DNA of 58,392 nt, taken from assembly GCA_038065035.1 (NCBI GenBank), contig JBBTRV010000006.1, forward strand, positions 1-58,392, given 5' to 3'. Positions 27,618-37,137 of the stretch are shown piece after piece. This DNA is from Patescibacteria group bacterium. Its GTDB lineage: Bacteria; Patescibacteriota; Minisyncoccia; UBA6257; UBA9933. Every line of letters begins with the position of its first letter. Position 1 is the stretch's first letter. The notes under the pieces were generated by a model that was not told the DNA's origin, ran no database searches, and worked only from the letters and a program-made list of their open reading frames with translations. Position numbers and translations under genes: made by a program.

Positions 27618-27821
27618 ATGCAAATGAATTTTGTCAAAGAAAAATACAAAGCAAAAGCGAAAAAGGTCAATGAGGAGCCGGCTGAAGCAAAAAAGGAAGT
27701 CGTGGAGAAGGGCAAGGAAATTAAGGAAAATATTGATGAGTTGATTGACAAGATTGACGACATTCTCGAAGAGAATGCCGAGGAATTTGTTAACGGGTAT
27801 GTGCAAAAAGGAGGTGAATAA
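27618..27821 (+). CDS. pup: prokaryotic ubiquitin-like protein Pup (GGE C-terminus)
   Basis: The C-terminal half IDELIDKIDDILEENAEEFVNGYVQKGGE aligns residue-for-residue with mycobacterial Pup DDLLDEIDDVLEENAEDFVRAYVQKGGQ. SD aaaggggg upstream and its own terminator. Confidence 0.85.
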   Translation: MQMNFVKEKYKAKAKKVNEEPAEAKKEVVEKGKEIKENIDELIDKIDDILEENAEEFVNGYVQKGGE

Positions 27822-27851
27822 GTAGTATGTTCAGCAGTATTAGTTTTTTAT

Positions 27852-27889
27852 AACTCCCTAATCGCTTTATTGGGTTGGGGAGTTTTTTA
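27852..27889 (+). terminator. terminator after pup
   Basis: aactccc ... gggagtt stem followed by a T-run. Confidence 0.55.
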
Positions 27890-27898
27890 TTTGGCGTG

Positions 27899-27981
27899 TG
27901 CCGAGGGCGAGATTTGAACTCGCACGTCCTTGCGGACACCAGCTTCTAAAGCTGGCGTGTCTGCCATTTCACCACCTCGGC
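27899..27981 (-). tRNA. tRNA-Leu (anticodon TAG), long variable arm
   Basis: Reverse complement is gccgaggtggtgaaatggcagacacgccagctttTAGaagctggtgtccgcaaggacgtgcgagttcaaatctcgccctcggca. Confidence 0.85.
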
Positions 27982-28041
27982 GTTGTTTCCTGCTTATTTT
28001 ATATAAAGTAAGGGAAAAAGCAAAATTAATATATGAGCTAT

Positions 28042-28117
28042 ACCCAGTAGTGAAACTCGATTAATTAAAGAAAGGTTTCGATATAATCGGAACCATATCG
28101 AGTTTCTGCTACTGGGT
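28042..28117. repeat. 76-nt nested inverted repeat
   Basis: Arms acccagtagtgaaactcgat and atcgagtttctgctactgggt enclose a second hairpin, ggtttcgat-ataa-tcggaacc. Confidence 0.5.
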
Positions 28118-28251
28118 TGACTTTTTGGTAGTTTTATGCTATAAATTAATACAATCGTAGTTCTTTGAGAATTGAAAATGGACGTTACTCTCCTATAGGA
28201 GAGTAACAAAAAAATATAAACAATTAACTAAAAATAAAGGAGGGTAAGAAA

Positions 28252-29166
28252 ATGATAGTAATATTTGTAGGAATTTTTATTTTTTTAACAGGAGCTTTCT
28301 TTTTGCAGGGGTTAAGGCGAATTCCTGCGGACCCGCCGTCGCGCGCAGTAGTAACTCGTTTTGGAAGGCGGACTGGCTATGTTAAAAATGAAGGTTGGAG
28401 ATTTTTTCCAATCTATCCTTGGTGGGGTGGCTATATTCTTGTGGATATGACCAAAAAAAATCAGGACTTAACTCCTAGGGAAGTTAGAACTGCTCAAGAT
28501 ATGGCCGAGATTGAAGTAACGGTTTCTTTGACGTGGCGACCGGACTGCGATTTTAATCCTATAACAAGTCAATCTTATCTTATTGAATATCTGAATTCCG
28601 GCGGAGAATCTGGAATAAAAGATATTCTTGAAGATATTGTTGAAGAAGCAGTAAGAGAGTTTGCTGCGGATCCCAATAGAGAACCAAATACATGGGAAGA
28701 TGCCGTGAAGATGAAACGTGAATTTCTTGCGGAAATTGTAGCGGCTATTTTAGGCAGAGTCCCAACCCAAACTCCTATAGATGAATTAAATACAATCGTA
28801 ATCCAATTAAGGAGGGGCAATGGTACTCTTAAATTGGAAACACTGGGGATTGTTCTTAATCGTGTTAATGTGACTAGTATACGACCCAAGGGCAAGCTCG
28901 CAGAGGCAGCGGAAAAACAGGCTATTGAAAAACGGGAAAGACTGGCTGAAGTTATAGAACTTAATCACGTTGGAGAGCGAATCAACGCCTTAAAGCAACT
29001 TGGTTTTTCTAATGAACAAGCTCTTGAGATAATTCAAACCGAGCGCGGGAAAGTAAAAAAAGAGATTTCCGAATCAAAATGGAATGTGTCGCAGGAAACT
29101 CGGGCGATGATTGAGAAAATCGGCCCAGAAATTGTTGCGAAAATTTTAGGAAGGGGGCGAGAATAA
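28252..29166 (+). CDS. SPFH/Band-7 domain membrane protein
   Basis: N-terminal TM followed by RRIPADPPSRAVVTRFGRRTG... and a coiled-coil C-terminus. Strong SD aaggaggg. Confidence 0.75.
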   Translation: MIVIFVGIFIFLTGAFFLQGLRRIPADPPSRAVVTRFGRRTGYVKNEGWRFFPIYPWWGGYILVDMTKKNQDLTPREVRTAQDMAEIEVTVSLTWRPDCDFNPITSQSYLIEYLNSGGESGIKDILEDIVEEAVREFAADPNREPNTWEDAVKMKREFLAEIVAAILGRVPTQTPIDELNTIVIQLRRGNGTLKLETLGIVLNRVNVTSIRPKGKLAEAAEKQAIEKRERLAEVIELNHVGERINALKQLGFSNEQALEIIQTERGKVKKEISESKWNVSQETRAMIEKIGPEIVAKILGRGRE

Positions 29167-29618
29167 TGCCAGAAGAAACAGAAAAGAAAGTTGAAAAAAA
29201 GAAAGAAGAAAAAGCGCCAGCATGGGCATGGTGGTTGCTTGGTATAATTTCTTCTGCAATAATCGTAATTTCTATTATTATGATTATTGCAGGGAAAAAA
29301 GAAAAAGAAGTTGTTTATTTGTCGTCGGTAATAATGCCCCTTTGCGCTGGCAAAAAATACGACTTTTCAGAGTCAGTCATTCCGGCTGATCTGAAGGTTG
29401 ATTTCCGGTCGGATTGCGTGACAGCTGTCACGCTTCCGCCGAGGGTTGTTTTTCGGACAGACCCGTCAAGCGATGTAAAAATCGTTTTTGTTGACGGGTC
29501 AACTTATCTTGATGGCCCTGGCCGTCAGGTATGGTATGGGTTGAAAAAAGGGGTTTTCAAGATGCATGGGATTAGTGATTCCGGCATCTTAAAAATCGCC
29601 TTAGAGAAAAAAACTTAA
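29166..29618 (+). CDS. hypothetical single-pass membrane protein coupled to the SPFH gene
   Basis: Start overlaps the SPFH stop (TAATG). Lys/Glu-rich N-terminus, one TM helix and a beta-rich C-terminus. Confidence 0.55.
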   Translation: MPEETEKKVEKKKEEKAPAWAWWLLGIISSAIIVISIIMIIAGKKEKEVVYLSSVIMPLCAGKKYDFSESVIPADLKVDFRSDCVTAVTLPPRVVFRTDPSSDVKIVFVDGSTYLDGPGRQVWYGLKKGVFKMHGISDSGILKIALEKKT

Positions 29619-29650
29619 AATTGTTTATATTTCAGAAAGGAGGTGATAAA

Positions 29651-29704
29651 AGCCCGCTAAGAAGTTTTTACTTTTAAGCGGGCTGTTTTATTTTAAAAAT
29701 AAAT
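29651..29704 (+). terminator. terminator of the SPFH operon
   Basis: agcccgct ... agcgggct stem followed by gttttatttt. Confidence 0.5.
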
Positions 29705-30110
29705 TGCTAATCGCCTGCATAAAATCTTCGAAGTCGCTTAAATCATTTTTTGCGTATTCCAATATATTTTTGTCGTTGATTTCCCAATAGCGATGTATTA
29801 GTTTATTTCTGAATTTTACCATATTTCTTAATTTCAGCGATAAATCTGGTTGCAAAGCTTTTTCATTTTCCAATACTTCAAAACATTCACCAAAAGCGGA
29901 AACCGCTTTATGAAATTTTTTTGCGGCTAAATGAACGTAAACGCCGCCTACTGCCTCAATTGCTTGCAGGAGATTATATTTTAAAGCGGCTAAATCTATT
30001 TTATCTGACAAAATTTTTTCATCTCCAAAAGATATTATTTTTTTTATTTCTTCCAATGCCGCGTCAATTTCCGCGAACCTTTGTTGAATTTTTTTCTTGT
30101 CTATATTCAT
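29688..30110 (-). CDS. hepT: HepT (DUF86, HEPN) toxin
   Basis: R-x4-H motif RNKLIHRYWEI. 140 aa, downstream of a nucleotidyltransferase. Confidence 0.8.
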   Translation of the reverse strand: MNIDKKKIQQRFAEIDAALEEIKKIISFGDEKILSDKIDLAALKYNLLQAIEAVGGVYVHLAAKKFHKAVSAFGECFEVLENEKALQPDLSLKLRNMVKFRNKLIHRYWEINDKNILEYAKNDLSDFEDFMQAISNLFLK

Positions 30111-30118
30111 AATATTTT

Positions 30119-30559
30119 TTAGCGAGTAATAAGTTCCTTGAATGATTGATAAGATATATATTCATTAGCTAAAGCGTCAAGTGAAGAATATTCAATAATA
30201 GGGTCAAGAATGTTGTCATCTTTAACAAACAATAATTTGCCTCGGGAAAATACATTATTTTGAAACGATACTGGCGCGAAATTTAAAACTTTAATGTCTA
30301 TTTTATCAAACGAAAAATTTATAAATTTGCCCAATTCCACTGAAAGATTAGTCTCATAGTTGAAAACTTTTTCTTTTTCAATAGCTGGCTTAACTAAAAA
30401 AACCGCCACGTCGATATCGCGAAAAGAGATGTTTTCCGGCTCAAGAAAAGAGCCGAAAATATAGGAAAAGGAAATCTCTTCGCGTTTTTCCAGAAATTGG
30501 CGGATTTTAGTCGTTGTTTCTTCTTTTTCTTGTTTTGTCATCTGATAGAATTCTTTCAT
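30119..30559 (-). CDS. mntA: MntA minimal nucleotidyltransferase antitoxin
   Basis: IFGSFLEPE...RDIDVAVF (GS...DxD). Start is uncertain (Met codons at 30595, 30559 and 30541). Confidence 0.75.
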   Translation of the reverse strand: MKEFYQMTKQEKEETTTKIRQFLEKREEISFSYIFGSFLEPENISFRDIDVAVFLVKPAIEKEKVFNYETNLSVELGKFINFSFDKIDIKVLNFAPVSFQNNVFSRGKLLFVKDDNILDPIIEYSSLDALANEYISYQSFKELITR

Positions 30560-30730
30560 TCTGGTTATTATATTGAAAATTTGATAAAAAAGCAATTAAA
30601 AACAAAAATCCCGCAGTAGAGCTTTCGTTCACTGCGGGACTTCTCCCCGACTTCTTATTTTAAGAATGTCGGGATTTTTTATTTGGTATTTCCTATTATT
30701 AATTATATTTTATATATTATTTGGTTATAA

Positions 30731-31090
30731 TTAAAAAACACTTTTTACAATTGCCGGTATACTTAACGCGATTAAAGCCACAACGATTGCTACTATTGCA
30801 TATATTATTTGACTTTTTGCTTTTCCAACTTTTTCAGGATCACCTTGAGCTGTTAAATAGGTAAAAGCGGCCGCAAGAATAAATATGCCAGCAAGAATAA
30901 AGAATATGGTATAAATCCATTTTATAACCCCTGTTATTTTATTTAAGAGTTCAGTCATAGTGCCTACTTGTACTTCTCCTTTAAAATCAACATCGCTTGA
31001 GCCCTGTGAAATTGCTGAAACCATAACGGGCAACAATAATAATGAAACAAGATTTATAATTACAAACGTTTTTATTTTTAGTGAAGCCAT
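30731..31090 (-). CDS. T4SS-pilin-like (TrbC/VirB2-like) small membrane protein, paralog 1
   Basis: Signal peptide, then two TM helices around the loop LTAQGDPEKVGKAKSQI. Confidence 0.6.
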   Translation of the reverse strand: MASLKIKTFVIINLVSLLLLPVMVSAISQGSSDVDFKGEVQVGTMTELLNKITGVIKWIYTIFFILAGIFILAAAFTYLTAQGDPEKVGKAKSQIIYAIVAIVVALIALSIPAIVKSVF

Positions 31091-31167
31091 ATTTTATGTA
31101 TATTTTTATTAAAATATATTCGACCTTTTATTTTATTAATTTTATATTAAAAAAATAAAAATTCAAT

Positions 31168-31533
31168 TCATTCTCCACTTAGAACACTTTTTATAATAGT
31201 AGTAAAGCTGAATGCTAAAAGGGCAATTACGATAGCAATAATAGCATAGAAGATTTGTTTATTAATTTTTTGAATTGTTTCTGGATTACCTTGAGCGGTA
31301 AGATAACTATAAGCTACTATAAGTATAATTAAACCTGCTATTATAAAAAATATTGTATACATCCATTTTGCAATATTATTTAAAATTTTTAATACATCGG
31401 CAATGCTGCATATCGCCGTTTGCGAACGGTCGCAATCTGCGGCAAAAGCCAATGGCGTTGCTAAGGCAGTAAGTAGCAAGTAGAAAGCAATAAATAGAAC
31501 AAAAATATCCTTTTTATTTAAAAATTTAATCAT
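31168..31533 (-). CDS. T4SS-pilin-like small membrane protein, paralog 2
   Basis: Start moved to the internal Met MIKFLNKK (ATGA overlap with the upstream gene). Loop LTAQGNPETIQKINKQI. Confidence 0.6.
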   Translation of the reverse strand: MIKFLNKKDIFVLFIAFYLLLTALATPLAFAADCDRSQTAICSIADVLKILNNIAKWMYTIFFIIAGLIILIVAYSYLTAQGNPETIQKINKQIFYAIIAIVIALLAFSFTTIIKSVLSGE

Positions 31534-31865
31534 TTTACCAGATTTGTTCCCAACACTTCTCCAATTATATAAATAATCCCCCAAGAGCACAAGATAATGG
31601 CGTAGCCGACCGCGGCCCATTGGATGGTTTTTCTTCCGCCTTGCACTTTTTCCGGGCTGTCGCCGGCGGTTAAAATCAAAAATCCGCCGTATAATACCAT
31701 AATAACGACAATCGGCGCGCCGATAGTAATAAAATAGCCGATGATTCTTTTTAAAAGTTCAAAAATACTTGTGGGGCCGAGCGGGTTTGTAAAACCGCCG
31801 CCGATTGTTTCGCCAACGCCCGCCGCTAAAGCTTTATTTAAAATTTTTAAAAAAAGATTTTGCAT
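31530..31865 (-). CDS. T4SS-pilin-like small membrane protein, paralog 3
   Basis: NPLGPTSIFELL... and LTAGDSPEKVQGGRKTI. Confidence 0.6.
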   Translation of the reverse strand: MQNLFLKILNKALAAGVGETIGGGFTNPLGPTSIFELLKRIIGYFITIGAPIVVIMVLYGGFLILTAGDSPEKVQGGRKTIQWAAVGYAIILCSWGIIYIIGEVLGTNLVK

Positions 31866-31887
31866 TTACTGTAAAATTAAAAATAAA

Positions 31888-32301
31888 TTATTGGCAATTA
31901 ATTTTCACAGCTGGATTCCACCAATTTCCAGTTAGATTATTTCCGGCTATTACTTGCAATATTGTATCAATTAAAAGCCACGCCAGCAAGGCGATTAAAA
32001 GCCCGATGACGGCCGAAGTGATGATTTTTCTGCCGTCGCTTACTCTTTCCGGCTTGTCGCCGGCGGTTAAAATCACAAACCCGCCGTAAATAATGAAAAT
32101 TACCACCAACGGTACGGCAATGTAGTAAAGAGCAAAATCAAGCACTTTTTCAGCAAGCGTTAACAGGTCGCAGAATTCGCAACTTGCTTTGCTGGTACCT
32201 GGTCCGCAAGGAACAAGTGCGGCATAAGTGATTGAAGTAGTAAGTAGTAAGCAGAAAGTAAAAAGTATGATAATTTTTAATTTTGAATTGTAATTTTGCA
32301 T
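31888..32301 (-). CDS. T4SS-pilin-like small membrane protein, paralog 4
   Basis: Signal peptide, Cys pairs, and LTAGDKPERVSDGRKII. Confidence 0.6.
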   Translation of the reverse strand: MQNYNSKLKIIILFTFCLLLTTSITYAALVPCGPGTSKASCEFCDLLTLAEKVLDFALYYIAVPLVVIFIIYGGFVILTAGDKPERVSDGRKIITSAVIGLLIALLAWLLIDTILQVIAGNNLTGNWWNPAVKINCQ

Positions 32302-32342
32302 TTTAAAATTTACTGGTGGCTAGTGAATAAACTCTTATTGGC

Positions 32343-33620
32343 TTATAAATTATTAATTTCACTTTCTGCTGTTTCCAGCGCTTTTTTGGGGGATAATTTG
32401 CCATTTAAAGCCGACTCTATTGCTTTGGAAAAAATTCCAGCTGTTGCCGGGCCATCTGGCTGGCTCCACGAGCGGGCAGTTAATGCTTGTTTTGCGAAAA
32501 CTCCCAAATCCGGGTCATCGCTGTATTTATCTATTAATTCCCTTAAGGCTGGCGGCTGGCCGGACGTTAAAGTATATTGTTCCATAATTTGCGAATTAGT
32601 TAAGGCAGAAACAATAAAATTCCAGGCGCCGGCGATTTTGCTGGAATCAATTTGTCGGCTTACAGCCAAACCAGAATAATCAGCATAATTAACTGACTCA
32701 CTTTTATTAAATTGAAGCATCGGGCTGACGCCAAAATCCAAATAAGGATTTTTCGATTTAATAATTGGCAATGCCGAAGCGTAATTAAAAATTATTGCAG
32801 TGTTTTTTTGATTAAAACTATCAATTGAATTTTGAAGATTGTCGTTCCATGTGTAGGATTGATTTTGAGGATTGGAAAACTGAAGATAAAAATTAAAAGC
32901 TTGCAGTCCTTCATTTTTGGAAAAATTCGCCCGGCCATTATCGTCTATCATTTTAGTTCCGAATTGGAGCATTATTAAATTAAGCAAATCGTCAGCGCGG
33001 CTTACGCTTTTTTCCGAGCCGCCGATAGCGGCCGCTGTTTTATTCAGCCGGCCTAATAAATCAATTTCGTTTAAGCGGGGAATAATTTTTTGGAATTCTT
33101 CCCATGTTTGGGGTTTAACCGCGATGCCTTTGGCGTCAAAAATATCTTTATTGTAAATCATTGCTAATGTGTCTATGTGAAGCGGCATGGCGTAAATATC
33201 GGTGCTTATCGGCGATTTTATCGAAAAATCTTGTTCAATAACCTGCGGAAATAATTTTCTTAATTGGCTTAAAGAAATTTGCGCTTGGCTAGCCGGAGAA
33301 ATTTTATCATAGTGTTTTAAGAGCCAGTTATTTTTGAGCATAAAAATATCCGGGCCTTGGCCACTGGCTAATGCGTTTAAAAGCGTTTTTTCGTAATTAA
33401 CTTCATTAATTTGAGTGTAAATTATGCTGGTGTTGGGATTGATTTGCGAATAAGCGTCAATTATTTTTTTAAACGCGATTTCATTTTCAAACCCCCATAT
33501 CGCCAGCTTTATTTCTTGATTAGTTAGTTCGGTGTTTGACTTTAGGCCGAATATAAAAACCGCGGCGATAATTGCCACAACGCCAACTATGCCGAAAAGG
33601 ATAAAATCTTTTTTGTTCAT
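32343..33620 (-). CDS. ABC transporter substrate-binding protein, family 1 (sugar type), orphan
   Basis: 425 aa with an N-terminal TM anchor and an SBP_bac_1-like pattern. No cognate permease nearby. Confidence 0.65.
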   Translation of the reverse strand: MNKKDFILFGIVGVVAIIAAVFIFGLKSNTELTNQEIKLAIWGFENEIAFKKIIDAYSQINPNTSIIYTQINEVNYEKTLLNALASGQGPDIFMLKNNWLLKHYDKISPASQAQISLSQLRKLFPQVIEQDFSIKSPISTDIYAMPLHIDTLAMIYNKDIFDAKGIAVKPQTWEEFQKIIPRLNEIDLLGRLNKTAAAIGGSEKSVSRADDLLNLIMLQFGTKMIDDNGRANFSKNEGLQAFNFYLQFSNPQNQSYTWNDNLQNSIDSFNQKNTAIIFNYASALPIIKSKNPYLDFGVSPMLQFNKSESVNYADYSGLAVSRQIDSSKIAGAWNFIVSALTNSQIMEQYTLTSGQPPALRELIDKYSDDPDLGVFAKQALTARSWSQPDGPATAGIFSKAIESALNGKLSPKKALETAESEINNL

Positions 33621-36061
33621 AAAATAACTATTCCCACTATTTTATCATTTTCTTTTAATTTCATAATTCTGACGCCGGAAGTGGCGCGGCCGGCTGTTCT
33701 TACGCTTTTAATAGCGGTTTTGATAATTTGGCCTTTTGAAGATAGCGCCAAAAGCTCTTCTTCATCAGTAATTATTTGTGCCGCTATCATTTTCCCGGTT
33801 TTGGCGTTGATTTTCGCTGTTTTAATGCCGCTTCCTCCCCTACTTTGCGTTTTGTATTCCTTGAGCGGAGTCTGCTTGGCAAAACCGTTTTCCGTCACCA
33901 CTAATAATTTGTCATTAGTCATTTGTCTTTTGTCATCAGTCAATTTTATTATATCAATTCCGGCAATAAAATCACTACTTTTCAATTTTATCGCTTTGAC
34001 GCCGGCTGCGGTTCTGCCTATTGGCCGCAATTGTTTTTCTTTAAACCTGATTGCCTGGCCATTAGCAGTGGCTAAAATTATTTCATCGTTGCCTGAGGAG
34101 AGCCGTACCCAATTAAGAGAGTCGCCTTTCGTAAGATTAATAGCGATGATGCCGGTGCGGCGGATGTTGGTAAAATCTTCTAAAACTGTTTTTTTGATAA
34201 TGCCATTTTTAGTCAGCATCACTAAGTAGTTATCAATCGTCAGTTGTTTATTATTAGTCGCGTAAGAAATGATGGCGCTTACGGTTTCTTCGGCCGGAAT
34301 ATCAAGGAAGTTTTGGATTAATTTTCCCTTGGCCGTGCGGCTGCCGACCGGAATTTCATAAACTTTTGTCTGAAAAACCCTGCCTTTGTCCGTAAAAAAT
34401 AAAATATTATCGTGAGTATCGGCGGAAATAAAATGACTGACAAAATCTTCTTCTCCGATCTCTTGGCCGATAAGCCCTTTGCCGCCGCGGCGCTGGGTTT
34501 TGAAATTTGACGGCGGCAATCTTTTAATGTAGCCGCTTGAAGTAAGGGTAATCACCACTTCTTCCTGGGGGACTAAATCTTCTTCGGTAAATTCTTGAAG
34601 TCCGCCAGCCACTAATTTTGTCCGTCTTTCGCTGGTATATTTATTTTTTAATTCCGCGAGTTCGTCTTTGATGACTTTAAGAATTTTTTGGGGACTTTTG
34701 AGAATTATTTCCAATTCAGAGATTAATTTTTTCTTTTCTTTAAGTTCATCTTCCAGTTTTTGGCGTTCTAATGCCGCCAATGTTCGGAGCTTCATTTCTA
34801 AAATGGCGGTTGCTTGAATGTCGGTGAGTTTGAAATTTTTTACCAGTTTTTGGTGGGCTTCTTCAGCATCTTTTGATTTTTTGATTGTTTCAATTATTTT
34901 ATCAATCGCGGAAAGCGCTTTGAGCAGACCCTCTAATATGTGTGCCCTTTCTTTGGCTTTTTTAAGGTCAAATTCCGTCCGTCGCCGCACTACCTCCTTT
35001 CGGTGGTCGATATAAGCGCTAAGAATGTCTTTTAGCGTCATTAACTGCGGCTGGAGCCCGCCAATTAGGGCAATCATATTAAGATTGAAATTTTTCTGCA
35101 GGTCGGTGTGCTTGAAAAGCTGGTTCAAAATTTTCTGCGATGAAGCGTCGCTTTTGAGCTCAATAACGATTCTCATTCCTTCCCGGTCGCTTTCATCTCT
35201 AATGTCGCGAATACCTTCAATTTTTTTATCCTGCGCCAGTTCGGCGATTTTTATTATCAGCTCTGATTTATTGACCTGATAAGGGATTTCGCTGACAATG
35301 ATATTAAGTTGGTTTTTCGCTCTTTCTTGGATTTCTGTTTTGGCTCTAATGGTAATCGCTCCGCGGCCGGTGCTGTAAGCGTCAATAATTGATTTTTTAT
35401 TATAAATAAGCCCGCCAGTTGGAAAATCCGGGCCGTCAATAAATTCCATTAAATCTTTATTTGTGGCTTTGGAGTTATCTATTAAATAGTTGGTCGCGTT
35501 GATGATTTCATCGAGATTATGCGGCGGAATATTTGTCGCCATTCCGACCGCGATACCGGAAACGCCGTTAAGTAGTAAGCTTGGAAGCTTGGCCGGCAAA
35601 ACTTTCGGTTCGTCTTTGCTGGCGTCGTAGTTCAATCCCCAATTAACAGTTTCTTTTTCAATGTCAAAAAGCAGTTCTTCGGAAATTTTTGACAGCCGGC
35701 ATTCCGTGTAACGCATTGCCGCTTGATTATCCCCGTCAACCGAACCCCAATTTCCCTGGCCGTCGATTAAGGGATAGCGTAAAGAAAAATCTTGCGCCAT
35801 TCTGGCCATGGCGTCATAAACGGCAATATCGCCGTGAGGATGATATGATTTCAAAACTTCACCGACCACTGCCGCTGATTTTCGGAATTTTACGCCGGCT
35901 TTCAGTCCGGTTTCCCACATTGCCCATAAAATCCGACGCTGCACCGGTTTTAGGCCGTCGCGCACGTCCGGCAAGGCGCGCGAAACTATTACCGACATCG
36001 CATAATCAAGATAAGATTCTTTTAATTCAGTTGTAATTTCCCGTTTTTCTATTTTTTCCAT
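33617..36061 (-). CDS. gyrA: DNA gyrase subunit A
   Basis: AAMRYTE active-site Tyr, HPHGD, and a C-terminal beta-pinwheel; 814 aa. Confidence 0.95.
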   Translation of the reverse strand: MEKIEKREITTELKESYLDYAMSVIVSRALPDVRDGLKPVQRRILWAMWETGLKAGVKFRKSAAVVGEVLKSYHPHGDIAVYDAMARMAQDFSLRYPLIDGQGNWGSVDGDNQAAMRYTECRLSKISEELLFDIEKETVNWGLNYDASKDEPKVLPAKLPSLLLNGVSGIAVGMATNIPPHNLDEIINATNYLIDNSKATNKDLMEFIDGPDFPTGGLIYNKKSIIDAYSTGRGAITIRAKTEIQERAKNQLNIIVSEIPYQVNKSELIIKIAELAQDKKIEGIRDIRDESDREGMRIVIELKSDASSQKILNQLFKHTDLQKNFNLNMIALIGGLQPQLMTLKDILSAYIDHRKEVVRRRTEFDLKKAKERAHILEGLLKALSAIDKIIETIKKSKDAEEAHQKLVKNFKLTDIQATAILEMKLRTLAALERQKLEDELKEKKKLISELEIILKSPQKILKVIKDELAELKNKYTSERRTKLVAGGLQEFTEEDLVPQEEVVITLTSSGYIKRLPPSNFKTQRRGGKGLIGQEIGEEDFVSHFISADTHDNILFFTDKGRVFQTKVYEIPVGSRTAKGKLIQNFLDIPAEETVSAIISYATNNKQLTIDNYLVMLTKNGIIKKTVLEDFTNIRRTGIIAINLTKGDSLNWVRLSSGNDEIILATANGQAIRFKEKQLRPIGRTAAGVKAIKLKSSDFIAGIDIIKLTDDKRQMTNDKLLVVTENGFAKQTPLKEYKTQSRGGSGIKTAKINAKTGKMIAAQIITDEEELLALSSKGQIIKTAIKSVRTAGRATSGVRIMKLKENDKIVGIVIL

Positions 36062-36062
36062 C

Positions 36063-36353
36063 TTATTTTATTATAATAGTTTTTTCCCCTATTATTTTGT
36101 AAATTAAATCAGCTGATTTTTCCTTAATTGAATTTCCGGCAATTTGCAAGCCGGTTTTGAAGACTTGCCAGAAAGTTGTTTCTGATTGTCCGGATGAATT
36201 TTCTCCATGTCTTTGCATTAAATTATTCAAAAAAACAAGCCAAATAGCTATAACTATAATCATTGATAAGCCGCTCATAATGACCAACCAGCGTTTTTTG
36301 ACGGCATCGTCTGAATTTTGCAGTTTTTCTATGAAATTTCTGATTGAGCTCAT
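36063..36353 (-). CDS. small single-pass membrane protein (hypothetical)
   Basis: 96 aa with one TM helix, packed between the MBL gene and gyrA. Confidence 0.5.
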   Translation of the reverse strand: MSSIRNFIEKLQNSDDAVKKRWLVIMSGLSMIIVIAIWLVFLNNLMQRHGENSSGQSETTFWQVFKTGLQIAGNSIKEKSADLIYKIIGEKTIIIK

Positions 36354-36991
36354 ATTTTAAGCGCCACTATTTCAGTTTTTTTTATTTCATCTAGATCTTT
36401 TTTCTTGACGGTTAATTTTTCTTGTGATTTTTCCTGCGGTTCTTTTTTTTGGCCATTGGCTTCTTCAAGAAAAATTTTCAAATCAGCGGCTTGTCTTTTT
36501 AATCCCGGGACTTTAAAAAATGATGGAATGACTATTTTCGGTTCTATTTGTTTTATGAGCTTAGCCGCGATTTTCTGCTCTAGAAATGGTTTTCCGCCGG
36601 CCGGAATAAATAAAATATCTATTTCTTCAAGCTGTTCAAGGATATCCGGCTCCGGCATTTGGGTAATGTGTCCCAAGAAACAAAGTTTAATCGACTCCGC
36701 TTCAATAAGATAAATTGTTTTAAAAAACTCTTTCGAGGATTCTTCGGATAGTTCTATGCCGGAAATTTTAATGCTGGCAATGTCATATTCGCCCGGCCCG
36801 TATATTAGCTGATTAATTGATTGGTTAATTAGTTGTTCGGCTACGGGAAACGAAGCTATGGTTTTAAGAATAATATCCGCCTTAAAACGCGGCATTGTTA
36901 AGCCGCTTGAAGCCGCTGGCGGGTCGGTCAAAATACTTTTTTCTCCGCTTTGAATTTTAAAACAGTCTTCGCCGTAATACGAAATTATCAT
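36350..36991 (-). CDS. MBL-fold metal-dependent hydrolase (UPF0173-like)
   Basis: MIISYYGEDCFKIQ... pattern; 213 aa. Confidence 0.7.
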   Translation of the reverse strand: MIISYYGEDCFKIQSGEKSILTDPPAASSGLTMPRFKADIILKTIASFPVAEQLINQSINQLIYGPGEYDIASIKISGIELSEESSKEFFKTIYLIEAESIKLCFLGHITQMPEPDILEQLEEIDILFIPAGGKPFLEQKIAAKLIKQIEPKIVIPSFFKVPGLKRQAADLKIFLEEANGQKKEPQEKSQEKLTVKKKDLDEIKKTEIVALKI

Positions 36992-37063
36992 ACGAAATTA
37001 CGAAAATATACAAAATATACGAAATTTATTTTTCGTACTTTCGCATAATTTCGTATTTTCGTA
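36978..37063. repeat. TACGAAA heptamer dyad (4 direct + 4 inverted copies)
   Basis: tacgaaa at 36978, 36991, 36999 and 37018. tttcgta at 37031, 37049 and 37057, with a degenerate tttcgca at 37039. Dyad centre is near 37028, in the divergent MBL/rpsA intergenic region. Confidence 0.6.
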
Positions 37064-37137
37064 AGTTTATCATATATCCTATTGCTTTTCAATTGTTTTT
37101 AGTTTAGTATTTTTTAATTAGAATAATCGTTAATAGT

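Noticed and set aside
27347-29700. Complete pupylation/proteasome locus around pup
   Set aside because: The neighbours are a cupin protein, a tRNA, an SPFH protein and a small membrane protein. No PafA/Dop (GS-like), AAA ATPase or proteasome subunit motifs were found in any frame.
31534-31620. N-terminal 29-aa extension of pilin-like paralog 2 (MGRGRLRHYL...)
   Set aside because: It overlaps the upstream paralog by 91 nt. The internal Met gives a normal signal peptide and an ATGA coupling junction.
33681-36036. Several 65-182-aa plus-strand ORFs inside gyrA, and similar antisense ORFs within other genes (for example 2635..2904, 14375..14829, 21046..21580, 22916..23724 and 39215..39619)
   Set aside because: They are antisense shadows of well-supported genes, with low-complexity or Ser/Leu/Phe-rich translations and no SD.
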